Shown: positions 9,061 to 18,894 of the stretch, piece by piece | How the letters are laid out: every line of letters begins with the position of its first letter | Position numbering within the stretch: the stretch's first letter is position 1 | From: an uncultured Verrucomicrobia subdivision 3 bacterium | GTDB taxonomy: Bacteria > Verrucomicrobiota > Verrucomicrobiia > Limisphaerales > UBA11358 | Reading direction: 5' to 3' | Length of the DNA stretch: 64,000 bases | NCBI GenBank assembly: GCA_903835255.1 | Contig: CAILMI010000046.1 | Coordinates: forward strand, 17,156 to 81,155 | Notes under the pieces: generated by a model | Told to the model about the DNA's origin: nothing | What the model saw: only the letters and a program-made list of their open reading frames with translations | The model's database searches: none | Position numbers and translations under genes: made by a program

Positions 9061-11412
9061 ATGAGAAAAAACGCGTTGGATAAAATATTGAGCGCTGTCC
9101 TGGTTTTTGGCGCCGCACTGGCGGCCCCCTGCCGTGAACCCGTGGATATGATTAATCCTTTCATTGGGGCGGGCAGCTTGGAGGGCAGCCTCAGTGGATT
9201 TCATGGTAAAAATTTTCCGGGGGCGGCTACGCCTTCGGGAATGGTTCAGCTGAGTCCCGATACCATCACTGGGGGAGACAATGGCGGGGGTTATTCTTAT
9301 GTTCACACGACCCTAGAAGGGTTCAGTATCAACCACCTGAGCGGCGTGGGCTGGTACGGTGATTTGGGCAACTTTCTGGTCATGCCTACGACTGGCCCCC
9401 TCAAGACTTATTGGGGTGAAACCGACAAGCCTGGTACCGGCTATTTATCCACTTATACTAAAGAAAGTGAAATCGCCCGGGCGGGCTATTATGCGGTGAC
9501 CCTCAGCGATTATCAGATTCGGGCAGAAATGACGGCGGCTCCACACAGCGGGATGCTCCGTTTCACTTTCCCGGAAAGCCCGCAATCCCGAATCCAGATT
9601 GATCTGGCCCGCCGCATCGGAGGCACCTCCCTCCATCAGACAGTAAAAGTCGTGGGCACTAATACGATTGAGGGACAGATTGATTGTACTCCCGCCGGCG
9701 GTGGCTGGGGGCATGGAGAAGGGAAAGCCGAATTTACGGTTTATTATCACGCGGAGTTTGATCAGGAATTAAAAAATTTCGGCGTCTGGAGCGCCACCCT
9801 GCCGAGCGGGCCTTACAATGACATCCTGGGTCAAACTAATTTCATCCAGGCGTGTGAATCGGCGTCGGTTCTTCCGGGGTGTCGGGACAAGGAGGGAATG
9901 CATCTTGGTTTTTTCACCGAATTTCCCACCCCGAAAGGCAAGGTGGTGATTTTAAAAATCGGCATTTCCTATGTGAGTCTTGAAGGTGCGCGCGCGAATA
10001 TTAATTCAGAAATTCCGGATTGGGATTTTGACGCGGTCCAGAAAAAAGCCCGATTGGCTTGGGCAAAAGAATTAAATCGAATCACTGTCAAAGGGGGAAC
10101 GGAGGCGCAGCAGACCATTTTTTACACGGCAATGTATCATGCCATGATAGATCCCCGGATTTTTGCCGATGTGAACGGCGATTATCCGGGCGGCGACCAT
10201 CAAGTGCATCACAGCCAGAATTTTACGAAACGCACCATCTTCAGCGGCTGGGATGTGTACCGCAGCGAGTTTCCTCTGCTCACCCTGATTGCCCCTGATA
10301 TCATCAATGATGAGATTAATAGCTGGATTGAGTTAGCCGCTCAAAACGGAACTCATTATTTTGATCGCTGGGAAATTTTGAATGCTTACTCGGGTTGTAT
10401 GAACGGAAATCCCGCCCTAACCGTTATCAATGACGCCTATCAAAAGGGTATACGCGGCTACGATGTGGCTCGGGCCTATGAGTATGGCGTGAACACGGCG
10501 CTCAGATACGATAATGGGCCTTTGGGATATCAACCCGGTGATCTTTCCGCGACGTTTGAAAATGGATTTCATGCCTGGAACTTATCCCAATTGGCCAACA
10601 GCCTGGGTAAGTCAGCGGATGCCGCCCACTTTCAGAAGAGTTCAGAGGCATACAAGCTGCTGTTCGATCCTGAAGCTCCATGGACTTACGATTTAGAGGG
10701 GAAAGATTCGCATCCCGAGTGGAAAGGGTGGTTCCGGCCCCGCGATAAAAATAGTCAATGGTTGCCATGGCTTGGGCTGCGCTCCCCGCAGGGCGTGGTG
10801 GAGGGTTCGGTTTATCAGCAAGGTTGGAACGTGCCTCACGACATTCCAGGATTGATCAGGCTCTTGGGTGGCAACGCTGCATTTATAAAAAAACTGAGTG
10901 ATTTTTTTGACCGGGTTCCGCATTTTGCCCGCTGGAACGACTACGATAACCCGTCCAACGAGCCCAGCCATTTGATACCTTTTATGTTCAACCGCGCTGG
11001 CGCGCCATGGTTGACGCAGAAATGGGTCCGGCGTATCTGCGCTGAGGCCTACGGCGCTGATTACAAGGGGTTGTGTGGCGATGAAGATGAAGGACAGATG
11101 TCAGCTTGGTTTGTTTTAGCGGCCAGCGGACTCCATCAATCCTGCCCTGGAGACACCCGCTTTGAAATTTTCACCCCGCTTTTCGACCAAGTGACCTTGA
11201 AACTCGATCCAAAATATACTGGGGGCGGAACTTTCACTGTGAACGCTATAAACAATTCCCCCGATAATGTTTATATCCAGTCAGCCACTTTGAATGGTCA
11301 TCCGATTAATCGCTGCTGGCTCGATTACAAGGAGATTGTAGCGGGGGTAACGCTCCAGCTGATTCTGGGTCCTAAGCCCAATATAAAGTGGGGCGCTTCT
11401 CTTGAGCGTTAA
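9061..11412 (+). CDS. GH92 alpha-mannosidase
   Basis: INPFIG, FPGAATPSGMVQLSPDT, FSGWDVYR, VEGSVYQ, NEPSH and GDEDEGQMSAW motifs, plus signal peptide. Confidence 0.93.
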   Translation: MRKNALDKILSAVLVFGAALAAPCREPVDMINPFIGAGSLEGSLSGFHGKNFPGAATPSGMVQLSPDTITGGDNGGGYSYVHTTLEGFSINHLSGVGWYGDLGNFLVMPTTGPLKTYWGETDKPGTGYLSTYTKESEIARAGYYAVTLSDYQIRAEMTAAPHSGMLRFTFPESPQSRIQIDLARRIGGTSLHQTVKVVGTNTIEGQIDCTPAGGGWGHGEGKAEFTVYYHAEFDQELKNFGVWSATLPSGPYNDILGQTNFIQACESASVLPGCRDKEGMHLGFFTEFPTPKGKVVILKIGISYVSLEGARANINSEIPDWDFDAVQKKARLAWAKELNRITVKGGTEAQQTIFYTAMYHAMIDPRIFADVNGDYPGGDHQVHHSQNFTKRTIFSGWDVYRSEFPLLTLIAPDIINDEINSWIELAAQNGTHYFDRWEILNAYSGCMNGNPALTVINDAYQKGIRGYDVARAYEYGVNTALRYDNGPLGYQPGDLSATFENGFHAWNLSQLANSLGKSADAAHFQKSSEAYKLLFDPEAPWTYDLEGKDSHPEWKGWFRPRDKNSQWLPWLGLRSPQGVVEGSVYQQGWNVPHDIPGLIRLLGGNAAFIKKLSDFFDRVPHFARWNDYDNPSNEPSHLIPFMFNRAGAPWLTQKWVRRICAEAYGADYKGLCGDEDEGQMSAWFVLAASGLHQSCPGDTRFEIFTPLFDQVTLKLDPKYTGGGTFTVNAINNSPDNVYIQSATLNGHPINRCWLDYKEIVAGVTLQLILGPKPNIKWGASLER

Positions 11413-11503
11413 GAATAAAGCCGAGCTCTCTGGTTTGCCCTACCCTATCCGGGTTCTCTGGGTGTATTAGTTTTTTGAAAGCCTTGCTGGTCTAAACAAA
11501 GAA

Positions 11504-13462
11504 CTATTTGAGCTCTATGGATTTAATTGAGCCGGGCTCAATGCCCACGCTCAACACCGCGCCGGTGAGAGTGTTGGTGACTGATTCAAAACCGCTCACC
11601 TCCAGAATTGCACTGCCCCGTATGAGAGCAGCTTTACCGTCGCGAATCGAAACTGGAGGCTGGACATGGGGGGAAAGAGCAAGCTGGAATTTAACCGTTT
11701 CCTTGCCGTGGTTCGTGATTTTCCACTGCAGGGAATTATCCAAAAATATCATTTGTAGAGTGACTTCATTATCAGCACAGCTGAGACGATTCGGTCCGAT
11801 TTCCTGTATCTGCGTGAGCATTCGCTGACCCCAGAATCCGGGAATGCTGCTGCCACCCGCCGTGCCCGGTTCGTTGGACAAGAATTGAGCGCCTTTCATG
11901 AGTAAACTCGTCACCGTCCCATTAGCGTCGATGATTGCCTCGTAGGACGGAGTTGCGACTCGACGGTTGACCCGCTGCTTCTGGAGTTCCACGTTGGAGC
12001 AGGCAAGGGAGTCAGTCCTAAAAGGCGCGGTTGGCAGGCCGGATCTGTTGACTAAATTGGCTTGCGGCATTCCGCCCCAAGCATAGCGCACCGTCTGTGG
12101 TTGAGCGATGTCTTCACTGCTGACTAATACTGTGGCACCTTCAATGACAGCTTTGGCAAAATGGTAATCGCCATCCGCCCCGGCTACAGCAAACCCATTG
12201 ACTTGGCCTGATCCGGAAACCGCAAGCCCGTCTGAGGTGTCAAATTTGACCCGGATGGCAGAGTGTTCAACCGCTGCCGTTTCAAATTTCGGTCCGGAGG
12301 CGACGATATTCTCACCGTAAGCAACCCGGCGGGCTTGCAATGACGTGCGACGGCCAATTTCCTGTTTTTCTTGAGGGTGCAGATTAAATCCATCGGTTGT
12401 CTGGAGGCTCACGACGAGGGTTGTGTTGGGAATCAAATCTACCGCTTTGGCCTGTTGCTCACGAATCCACGGCCAGTAATATCCCTCCCATAAATTGGCG
12501 TACTCAGGTAGCTGGATAATAAAAAAAGGCAACTGGGGCTGGTCAAATTGCTTCCGCCATTCAGAAATCAGGGTCGCCAACAAAGCCGGATAGGTGGATG
12601 GGTGGGCCGAGTTGCTTTCGCCCTGATACCACAGAACACCCTTGAATTTAGTCGGACCCAAAGGGGCGATCATACCATTGAAAAGTTGGGAGGGCTTGAT
12701 TCCAAACATCGATTCATGCAATTCCCCAGGCGCAAATTTGGCGAGTGCCGGTTGTGGAATCCAGCCCTCGCAGGTCGTGCCGCCAAATGAACTGTCCACC
12801 AGTCCAATCGGAATGTGAGCCAATGCAGGATCTTTCAAGAGTTCATTGGCAAAGAATACGGCAACGGCGGAAAAATTGCTCGCTGCGCTCGGTGTAAAGG
12901 TCTGCCAGGAAATGTCGGCCTGGGACTGCGGATCCCCGCTTGATTTTTTTGCAACGCTGCATAAACGAAGATGGGGGTTCTCCCGCACAACCGACTTCTG
13001 CTCCGTCGGGCTCACATCCTTCACCGGCCACTGCATGTTGGATTGTCCCGAACAAAGCCAGAGGTCGCCGCACATCACGTTGGTTATAACCACGGAAGAA
13101 TCACCGTCATTGACAGTCAGCGTGTAGGGTCCCCCTGCCGAAAGGGGTTTTAAAGCAACCTGCCAAGTGCCATTAGGCCCGGTCCCAGCAATGACCCTCT
13201 GCTTTCCCATGGAAAGGCTAACTTTGGAATCTGCCTTGCCTGTGCCCCAGACTCGGACGGATTCGCCGCGCTGAATCACCATATTATTCCCGAAAATATT
13301 CGGCAGATGGACCTCGGCTACTGCCAGCCCACCCGAGAAAAGCATCCCTACGAATAGGCGAAGCGCGTGAAGTATCAGAAGCGATAGGTGTCTGGACTCA
13401 ACCGAGGCAGTCGATCTATTGAAATGAAGCCCGGCAGGCGGCAATGGGGATGCGTTTTTCAT
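11504..13462 (-). CDS. Sialate O-acetylesterase (SASA/SGNH) family esterase with extra C-terminal domain
   Basis: LPNIFGNNMVIQR, GDLWLCSGQSNM, WYQGESN, NLHP and VRYAW...LPTAPFRTD, followed by ~165 extra residues. Confidence 0.88.
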   Translation of the reverse strand: MKNASPLPPAGLHFNRSTASVESRHLSLLILHALRLFVGMLFSGGLAVAEVHLPNIFGNNMVIQRGESVRVWGTGKADSKVSLSMGKQRVIAGTGPNGTWQVALKPLSAGGPYTLTVNDGDSSVVITNVMCGDLWLCSGQSNMQWPVKDVSPTEQKSVVRENPHLRLCSVAKKSSGDPQSQADISWQTFTPSAASNFSAVAVFFANELLKDPALAHIPIGLVDSSFGGTTCEGWIPQPALAKFAPGELHESMFGIKPSQLFNGMIAPLGPTKFKGVLWYQGESNSAHPSTYPALLATLISEWRKQFDQPQLPFFIIQLPEYANLWEGYYWPWIREQQAKAVDLIPNTTLVVSLQTTDGFNLHPQEKQEIGRRTSLQARRVAYGENIVASGPKFETAAVEHSAIRVKFDTSDGLAVSGSGQVNGFAVAGADGDYHFAKAVIEGATVLVSSEDIAQPQTVRYAWGGMPQANLVNRSGLPTAPFRTDSLACSNVELQKQRVNRRVATPSYEAIIDANGTVTSLLMKGAQFLSNEPGTAGGSSIPGFWGQRMLTQIQEIGPNRLSCADNEVTLQMIFLDNSLQWKITNHGKETVKFQLALSPHVQPPVSIRDGKAALIRGSAILEVSGFESVTNTLTGAVLSVGIEPGSIKSIELK

Positions 13463-13654
13463 AAATCTATTGTTTGACCGGGCACTTGTTTTTAACAAAA
13501 AAACTTTTCAAGCCTTCCCATCGCGTCTCAAACCAAATTCAAGAAACCTCAGGAACCGTTACAATCGTGAATAGGATGTGTAAGGGTTGCGTTTAATTTT
13601 TTTGGCGGTCTCCCAACGCTATGTTTGCCCCATGGCTTCGAATCAATTCGCAAT

Positions 13655-13666
13655 ATGTATATACAA
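13655..13666. promoter_or_regulatory. Candidate GntR operator ATGTATATACAA
   Basis: TGTATATACA perfect core in the divergent esterase/prepilin intergenic region. Confidence 0.6.
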
Positions 13667-13936
13667 TTCAATCTTCGCGTCAAATATAATTTTATTGGTT
13701 GGAAACGAGGTGGGAACGGGGTTGGAGTTTAAGCCTTAATTAACCTGATTTAAGTCGCAAGGCATTGAGTTTATAAACCTTGATCAACCCGATCTGATTG
13801 ACGTCTTTTAAAAATGCAAGAATGGCGGCGTCACATTTTCAGATGCGCAGTTCCGACCAGTCCCCGCACTATTCCTGCAAGCAATTGGGTCGGCATTTTT
13901 TGTTGCATTGAAAAAATATTTTCGCAAATATCCTCA

Positions 13937-13948
13937 TTGTGCATACAA
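13937..13948. promoter_or_regulatory. Candidate GntR operator TTGTGCATACAA
   Basis: Palindrome at the 5' end of the second prepilin gene. Confidence 0.5.
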
Positions 13949-14889
13949 ATACACAAATAATTTCCCCGAGCCGTTTCAGATTGGCCCGGGCTGGTGACTG
14001 CCGGGCCCGCTTGATTTTTTTGGATTTCGCTTCACAGCAATCTGGATCGCTGAGCCGCAAGGGCAAGGCATTCACGCTGATCGAATTACTGGTGGTGATT
14101 GCCATTATTGCGATCTTGGCGGCAATGTTATTGCCGGCGCTGAGTCGGGCAAAACTTAAGGCGACTCAATCCGTCTGCCTCAGCAATCAAAAACAGCTGG
14201 CTCTGGCTTGGAAAATGTATGCTTCGGACAACAATGACAAGATTGTGGGCCTGGAGCCGTCTGCGCGGGATGGCGGGGCATGGCGAATCGAAAGCAATGA
14301 TCCAAAAGTCGTCAATGACGGGTCATTGCAGGGCTTATCGGGTGAGCTTCTTTACACCAAAGTGATTCAACTCACTTACCAATACGGAGCGTTGTACCAG
14401 TATGCCCCCAGTCCGGGTCTGGTTCACTGCCCCGGGGACTTGCGATATAAGCTTACGGGCAATAAATTTGCCTACGACAGCTACTCTGGAACCGGGTACC
14501 TCAATGGTTCTTTTCGATTGATGGGTGGTCCCCAGTTTCTCGCGAACGTCATTTATAAGGAAAGCCAAATTATGAACCCCTCGTCCCGGATCATCTGGAC
14601 AGAGGAAGCGGACAATCGGCTCAATTTATTTACGTCTCCTTTCTCTGAAAATCTGGGTGGCTTTATAATGATTATTGGAAATCCCCCGGACTTTTTGTAT
14701 GCGATGTGGGCTGATTATCCGGCGGTAAACCATGGTGATATCAGCACCATGAATTTCCCGGATGGGCATGCCGAAAGTCATAGATGGGTGACCCCTAAAG
14801 GTTACACTGCCCGTTCAGGTCCCACAACTCCTTGCGCGGATTCGCAGTGGATGGCGCAGCGTTATCCGGCTTTAATATTGAATCCCTAA
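13939..14889 (+). CDS. Second prepilin-type N-terminal cleavage/methylation protein with H-X9-DG motif (start uncertain)
   Basis: [42 protein letters not shown] and [13 protein letters not shown]. Confidence 0.9.
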   Translation: MHTNTQIISPSRFRLARAGDCRARLIFLDFASQQSGSLSRKGKAFTLIELLVVIAIIAILAAMLLPALSRAKLKATQSVCLSNQKQLALAWKMYASDNNDKIVGLEPSARDGGAWRIESNDPKVVNDGSLQGLSGELLYTKVIQLTYQYGALYQYAPSPGLVHCPGDLRYKLTGNKFAYDSYSGTGYLNGSFRLMGGPQFLANVIYKESQIMNPSSRIIWTEEADNRLNLFTSPFSENLGGFIMIIGNPPDFLYAMWADYPAVNHGDISTMNFPDGHAESHRWVTPKGYTARSGPTTPCADSQWMAQRYPALILNP

Positions 14890-14942
14890 GCCCAGCCGCC
14901 CCCAATCCAAATCCCCGGCTGATTGTGTGGGATTGATTGTAC

Positions 14943-14995
14943 TTGCTCAATGAGAGATTGGGGGATAGCCTCCAAAAAACAGATTGTACATATAT
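14943..14995 (+). promoter_or_regulatory. Sigma70 promoter with degenerate operator upstream of sugar porter
   Basis: TTGCTC-17-TAGCCT followed by TTGTACATATAT (14984-14995). Confidence 0.5.
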
Positions 14996-15012
14996 TAAAA
15001 CAAATTAATACA

Positions 15013-16440
15013 ATGCGCACTACAGAGGGTTTAAAGCCGCTTCCACCCAGCACCAATGGAGTTCCTGCTGCCCCGACCGCCGTCCACGATCACGGATCTA
15101 TTTTATTTGTTCTGTTTGCTTCAGCGGTCACGGCGATAGGGGGGTTCCTTTTCGGATACGACACCGCCGTCATCAACGGTGCCAACACCTATTTGCAAAG
15201 TCATTTTGCTCTGGATCCTGAAAAAGACTCCCTGTGGATTGGGATGGCCACGGCTTCTGCCATCTATGGTTGTGTGCCGGGGGCCATGTTCGCCGGTTTT
15301 TTTAGCGATAAATTCGGACGCCGCCGGGTGCTGTTTTTTTGTGCAATCCTTTTCACCCTCTCGGCCATTCTCTCCGCCATTCCTCAAAATTTCAGCCAAT
15401 TTATAATCGCCCGCGTGTTAAGCGGCATCGCCATCGGCATTTCATCCATGATTTGCCCGGTGTACATCGCAGAGATTGCGCCGGCAAAATGGCGGGGGCG
15501 TTTAGGCGCGCTATTCCAACTGGGTATAGTGACCGGTATTTTCTTCACCTTGTTTATCAACCAATGGATTCAAAAAACCGGCGATACCAATTGGAACACC
15601 GTTTATGGGTGGCGCTGGATGCTGGCTGGGGAAGCCGTGCCGGCCGTCGTTTTTCTAGCCCTGCTGTTCACCATTCCCGAAAGCCCCCGATGGCTCATCC
15701 AGGTCGGCCGGGAAGCAAAAGCCCGGCAGATCCTCAACCGGATCGGTGGTGCGAATCATGCGGAGGTGGAAATTGCCGCGGTGAAAAATGTTCTCCTGCA
15801 GGAAAAGGGGACACTGTCAGAACTATTTTCCCGGCATTACCGCCTGCCATTGTTGATTGGTCTCGTGTTGACGATGGGGGCGCAGTTTAGCGGGATTAAC
15901 TCCATCATGTATTATTCCACAGAAATTTTCAAGAATGCAACCGGCAACGCCAATGCTGCTTTCACGTCTTCGGTCTGGATTGGTCTGATTAATTTTCTAG
16001 CCACGTTTGGGGCGATCCTCTTAGTGGACAAAGCCGGTCGCAAGCCTTTGTTGCTCATTGGCAATGCGGTGCAAGTGGTCGCTCTGGTGATTGTGGGATG
16101 GATTTTTGCCTACAATCCGCATTCTCCGGCGCTGCTCGGGTTTGTGTTGCTTTATATCGTAGCGTTTGCATTAGCGATGGGCCCATTGCCCTGGATTATT
16201 TGCTCGGAAATTTTTCCCGCTAAGCTGCGCGGGCGCGCCATGTCCCTTTCTGCCGGGTCAGTCTGGATCGCCTGCTTGGTTGTGGCCCAGACCTTCCCCG
16301 TTCTGTTAAAAGAGATTGGCTCCGCGAAAACTTTTTGGATTTTTGCCATATTTTCAGGCCTCACATTCTTTTTTGTCCTGTTTCGTTTTCCCGAAACAAA
16401 GGGCCGGACTTTGGAGGAAATTGAGCTTTCTTGGAAGTAA
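15013..16440 (+). CDS. Sugar porter (MFS) transporter
   Basis: GGFLFGYDTAVING, DKFGRR, YIAEIAP, PESPRWL and PETKGRTLEEI. Confidence 0.95.
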   Translation: MRTTEGLKPLPPSTNGVPAAPTAVHDHGSILFVLFASAVTAIGGFLFGYDTAVINGANTYLQSHFALDPEKDSLWIGMATASAIYGCVPGAMFAGFFSDKFGRRRVLFFCAILFTLSAILSAIPQNFSQFIIARVLSGIAIGISSMICPVYIAEIAPAKWRGRLGALFQLGIVTGIFFTLFINQWIQKTGDTNWNTVYGWRWMLAGEAVPAVVFLALLFTIPESPRWLIQVGREAKARQILNRIGGANHAEVEIAAVKNVLLQEKGTLSELFSRHYRLPLLIGLVLTMGAQFSGINSIMYYSTEIFKNATGNANAAFTSSVWIGLINFLATFGAILLVDKAGRKPLLLIGNAVQVVALVIVGWIFAYNPHSPALLGFVLLYIVAFALAMGPLPWIICSEIFPAKLRGRAMSLSAGSVWIACLVVAQTFPVLLKEIGSAKTFWIFAIFSGLTFFFVLFRFPETKGRTLEEIELSWK

Positions 16441-16474
16441 CAACGTAAACCAGAATTATACTGAACCAAAACAT

Positions 16475-18748
16475 ATGAAATTGAACCTCTGTCTTTGGCT
16501 GTCTTTAACTTTACTTGCGCCTTTCGCCCACGCGGGTGCCTCGGTCCCGACGCCAGCGACTCAATCCAAGCAACAGAAATATCCTTTGCCTGCCGGAGTG
16601 CCCACGCTGGATGAAATGGCCGGCGATTGGAAAAACCGGACGGATCTTGAACAATTCCCCTCGATTCATAATTTCAATGCAGAATTACTGGTGAATAAGG
16701 ATTTTTCCAGCGTGAGCTGGCTGGCTTCTCCGCCCTTTTCCCAGGCATTTCACAGCGGTGTTCTAAAACTCAACGGCAAAATTCCAGTCGCTGATAAATT
16801 CCGGTGGTATCCGTATCAGTCGGTCCGTTTTGGAGTAGCAGAGGGGCTGGCTATTGAAACTGTCAATCGCATGGTTTTTGATGACCGCGGCGTGCTCTGG
16901 CATATCACTTTGTCCAATACGCTACCGAATAGCGTGAGGGGAACAGTTTCCATAGATCTCATAGGCGCTATCAGCAAACTCACCGCAACCAATGCGTGGG
17001 ATTGGGCCTTTGCCCAGCCCGGCGCCGGCGGGCCGAAGAGGCGTTACGAGGAAACAGAGGCTATTCGCGCTCTGGTGGACCGGATCCCATCGCAACGACC
17101 GGATAACGCCAGCGAATATTCAGCCAGCATAGAATCCCCCAAAATTCTGTTGATCAAAGACACCACCACGCCGGCCAAAACCGTTTTTAGTTTTTCAAAA
17201 AAACCGGACGATCTGGTTTCCGACGGGAACCAAGGTGTGGCTACGTGGAAGTATCAGCTGGCCCCCGGCCAAACTAAGACCATTGATTTTGTGATGGCTT
17301 ATGGCGAGGGTGATCAGGTGCAGTCCAAGGCCAGCCAGTGGGGGGGTGGTTTTGATGTTGTTTTTGCGTCTGCCCGGAGTCTTTGGGAGCAACGGTATGC
17401 AGAGGTTTTTACCCCCCATAACAAATTTTTCGAAGGAAACCTGCCAGTGCTACAGACGGATGATCCAGCTCTGCGTCGGAATTATTACATGGGCGTGGTG
17501 ACGATGTTGCTGATGTTGCGGGATCAGCTGCCATATAGTTCGCGCGTATTCCTGTCCGGCGGTCCACGCTATGGCGCCTCCGTTGAATTTATCTGGGATA
17601 CCGGCATGATGGACACAATGTTTGCCCTGCTGGAACCGAAGGCCATGCGCGCCTATGTAATCAAGACGTTGCAATGGGATTTGGAAAAATATCTAGCTTT
17701 TGATTACTTTGGTAACCGGGCCTTCGGTTATCGGTATGTGGCCAATTACCCGATGCTTTTCCGGATTGCAGCCAACTATATCCGAATCACCGGAGACCGT
17801 GCCTTCCTTGAACAAAAACTCGGGAACGAAACCGTATTACAAAGACTGGATGAGCTGGCGTTGCACTATGGTCAATACCTCATGACCGATGGCAGCGGGT
17901 TGGCTGATTTTGGAGATGATCCCTGGCATTTCTTGGAATGCGTCCCCACATATATCCATGCCACTGCCGGGTTTAATGCAGCTTATGTCTCGATGCTGAG
18001 GGAAATGGGAGAACTTTACGATTTCCTAGGCAAACCCGAAATGGCGGGGCAAAGACGCCTGGCTGCGAAAAAACTGGTCAGTGCCATCTACCCACAATTG
18101 TATGTTTCGGGCAAAGGTTTTTGGCAGAGTCGTTATCCGGACGGCCGCCAATTCGACATGAGGCATTGCTTGGATTTTCAATTCGTGGCGCAGGGGATTG
18201 GAGATGATCTGCCCCCAGCCGTGCGCGGGGAAATGCGAAAATTTGTCAACCAGGAGTTATTAATGAAAAACTGGATGCGGGCGCAGTCCCTGCAGGACCC
18301 GGCAGCAGATAAGTCCGACCGACCTGACCACGGTCCTATGGGCGCTTACTCTGGCTGGCCGCCGGAGACCGCTGACGGACTTTGTCACTTAGGCTATTGG
18401 CAAGACGCATTCGATTTTTATCGCCGATGCGAGGCGGCAACTCGTGAAGGAGCATTTTCTCAAGGCGCTGAGTTTTATGGCCCCAAAAAAAGGGATTATG
18501 ACGCGCCGGTACGCATTGCTAATGAGGGAACGATTTGTCGGGAGGCAGTATGTGGCGCAGGTTTTACCGATGTTGTCATCAGGACTTTCTTTGGATTTCA
18601 TCCCAGCTTGAATCTGGATGCTCCGAATCCTCTTTGGAGGGCAAAGGAACCTCGGGGTTTTAACGGAACACTGAACCATGTTCGATGGGCGGGTGGCAGT
18701 TATACAATTGTTTCCGGCCCCGATGGCCTGACTCTTATAAAAGAGTAA
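16475..18748 (+). CDS. Secreted putative glycoside hydrolase, (alpha/alpha)6-barrel type, family unassigned
   Basis: Signal peptide, N-terminal beta-rich region, then a helical region with FIWDTGMM, FLECVPTYIH and DRPDHGPMGAY. Lies among glycosidases. Confidence 0.55.
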   Translation: MKLNLCLWLSLTLLAPFAHAGASVPTPATQSKQQKYPLPAGVPTLDEMAGDWKNRTDLEQFPSIHNFNAELLVNKDFSSVSWLASPPFSQAFHSGVLKLNGKIPVADKFRWYPYQSVRFGVAEGLAIETVNRMVFDDRGVLWHITLSNTLPNSVRGTVSIDLIGAISKLTATNAWDWAFAQPGAGGPKRRYEETEAIRALVDRIPSQRPDNASEYSASIESPKILLIKDTTTPAKTVFSFSKKPDDLVSDGNQGVATWKYQLAPGQTKTIDFVMAYGEGDQVQSKASQWGGGFDVVFASARSLWEQRYAEVFTPHNKFFEGNLPVLQTDDPALRRNYYMGVVTMLLMLRDQLPYSSRVFLSGGPRYGASVEFIWDTGMMDTMFALLEPKAMRAYVIKTLQWDLEKYLAFDYFGNRAFGYRYVANYPMLFRIAANYIRITGDRAFLEQKLGNETVLQRLDELALHYGQYLMTDGSGLADFGDDPWHFLECVPTYIHATAGFNAAYVSMLREMGELYDFLGKPEMAGQRRLAAKKLVSAIYPQLYVSGKGFWQSRYPDGRQFDMRHCLDFQFVAQGIGDDLPPAVRGEMRKFVNQELLMKNWMRAQSLQDPAADKSDRPDHGPMGAYSGWPPETADGLCHLGYWQDAFDFYRRCEAATREGAFSQGAEFYGPKKRDYDAPVRIANEGTICREAVCGAGFTDVVIRTFFGFHPSLNLDAPNPLWRAKEPRGFNGTLNHVRWAGGSYTIVSGPDGLTLIKE

Positions 18749-18894
18749 AGTCCGGTTGTGATAAATCACTGCGATCGGTCGACTCTATTTTTAAAAAATA
18801 ATATGTTTTTTTTGAAAAACAAAAGAATAAGTTTCTACCTGCCAGTAAATCGACCCCAGGCGATGCAGGATTTAATGGATAAGGAGTTGGCCTG

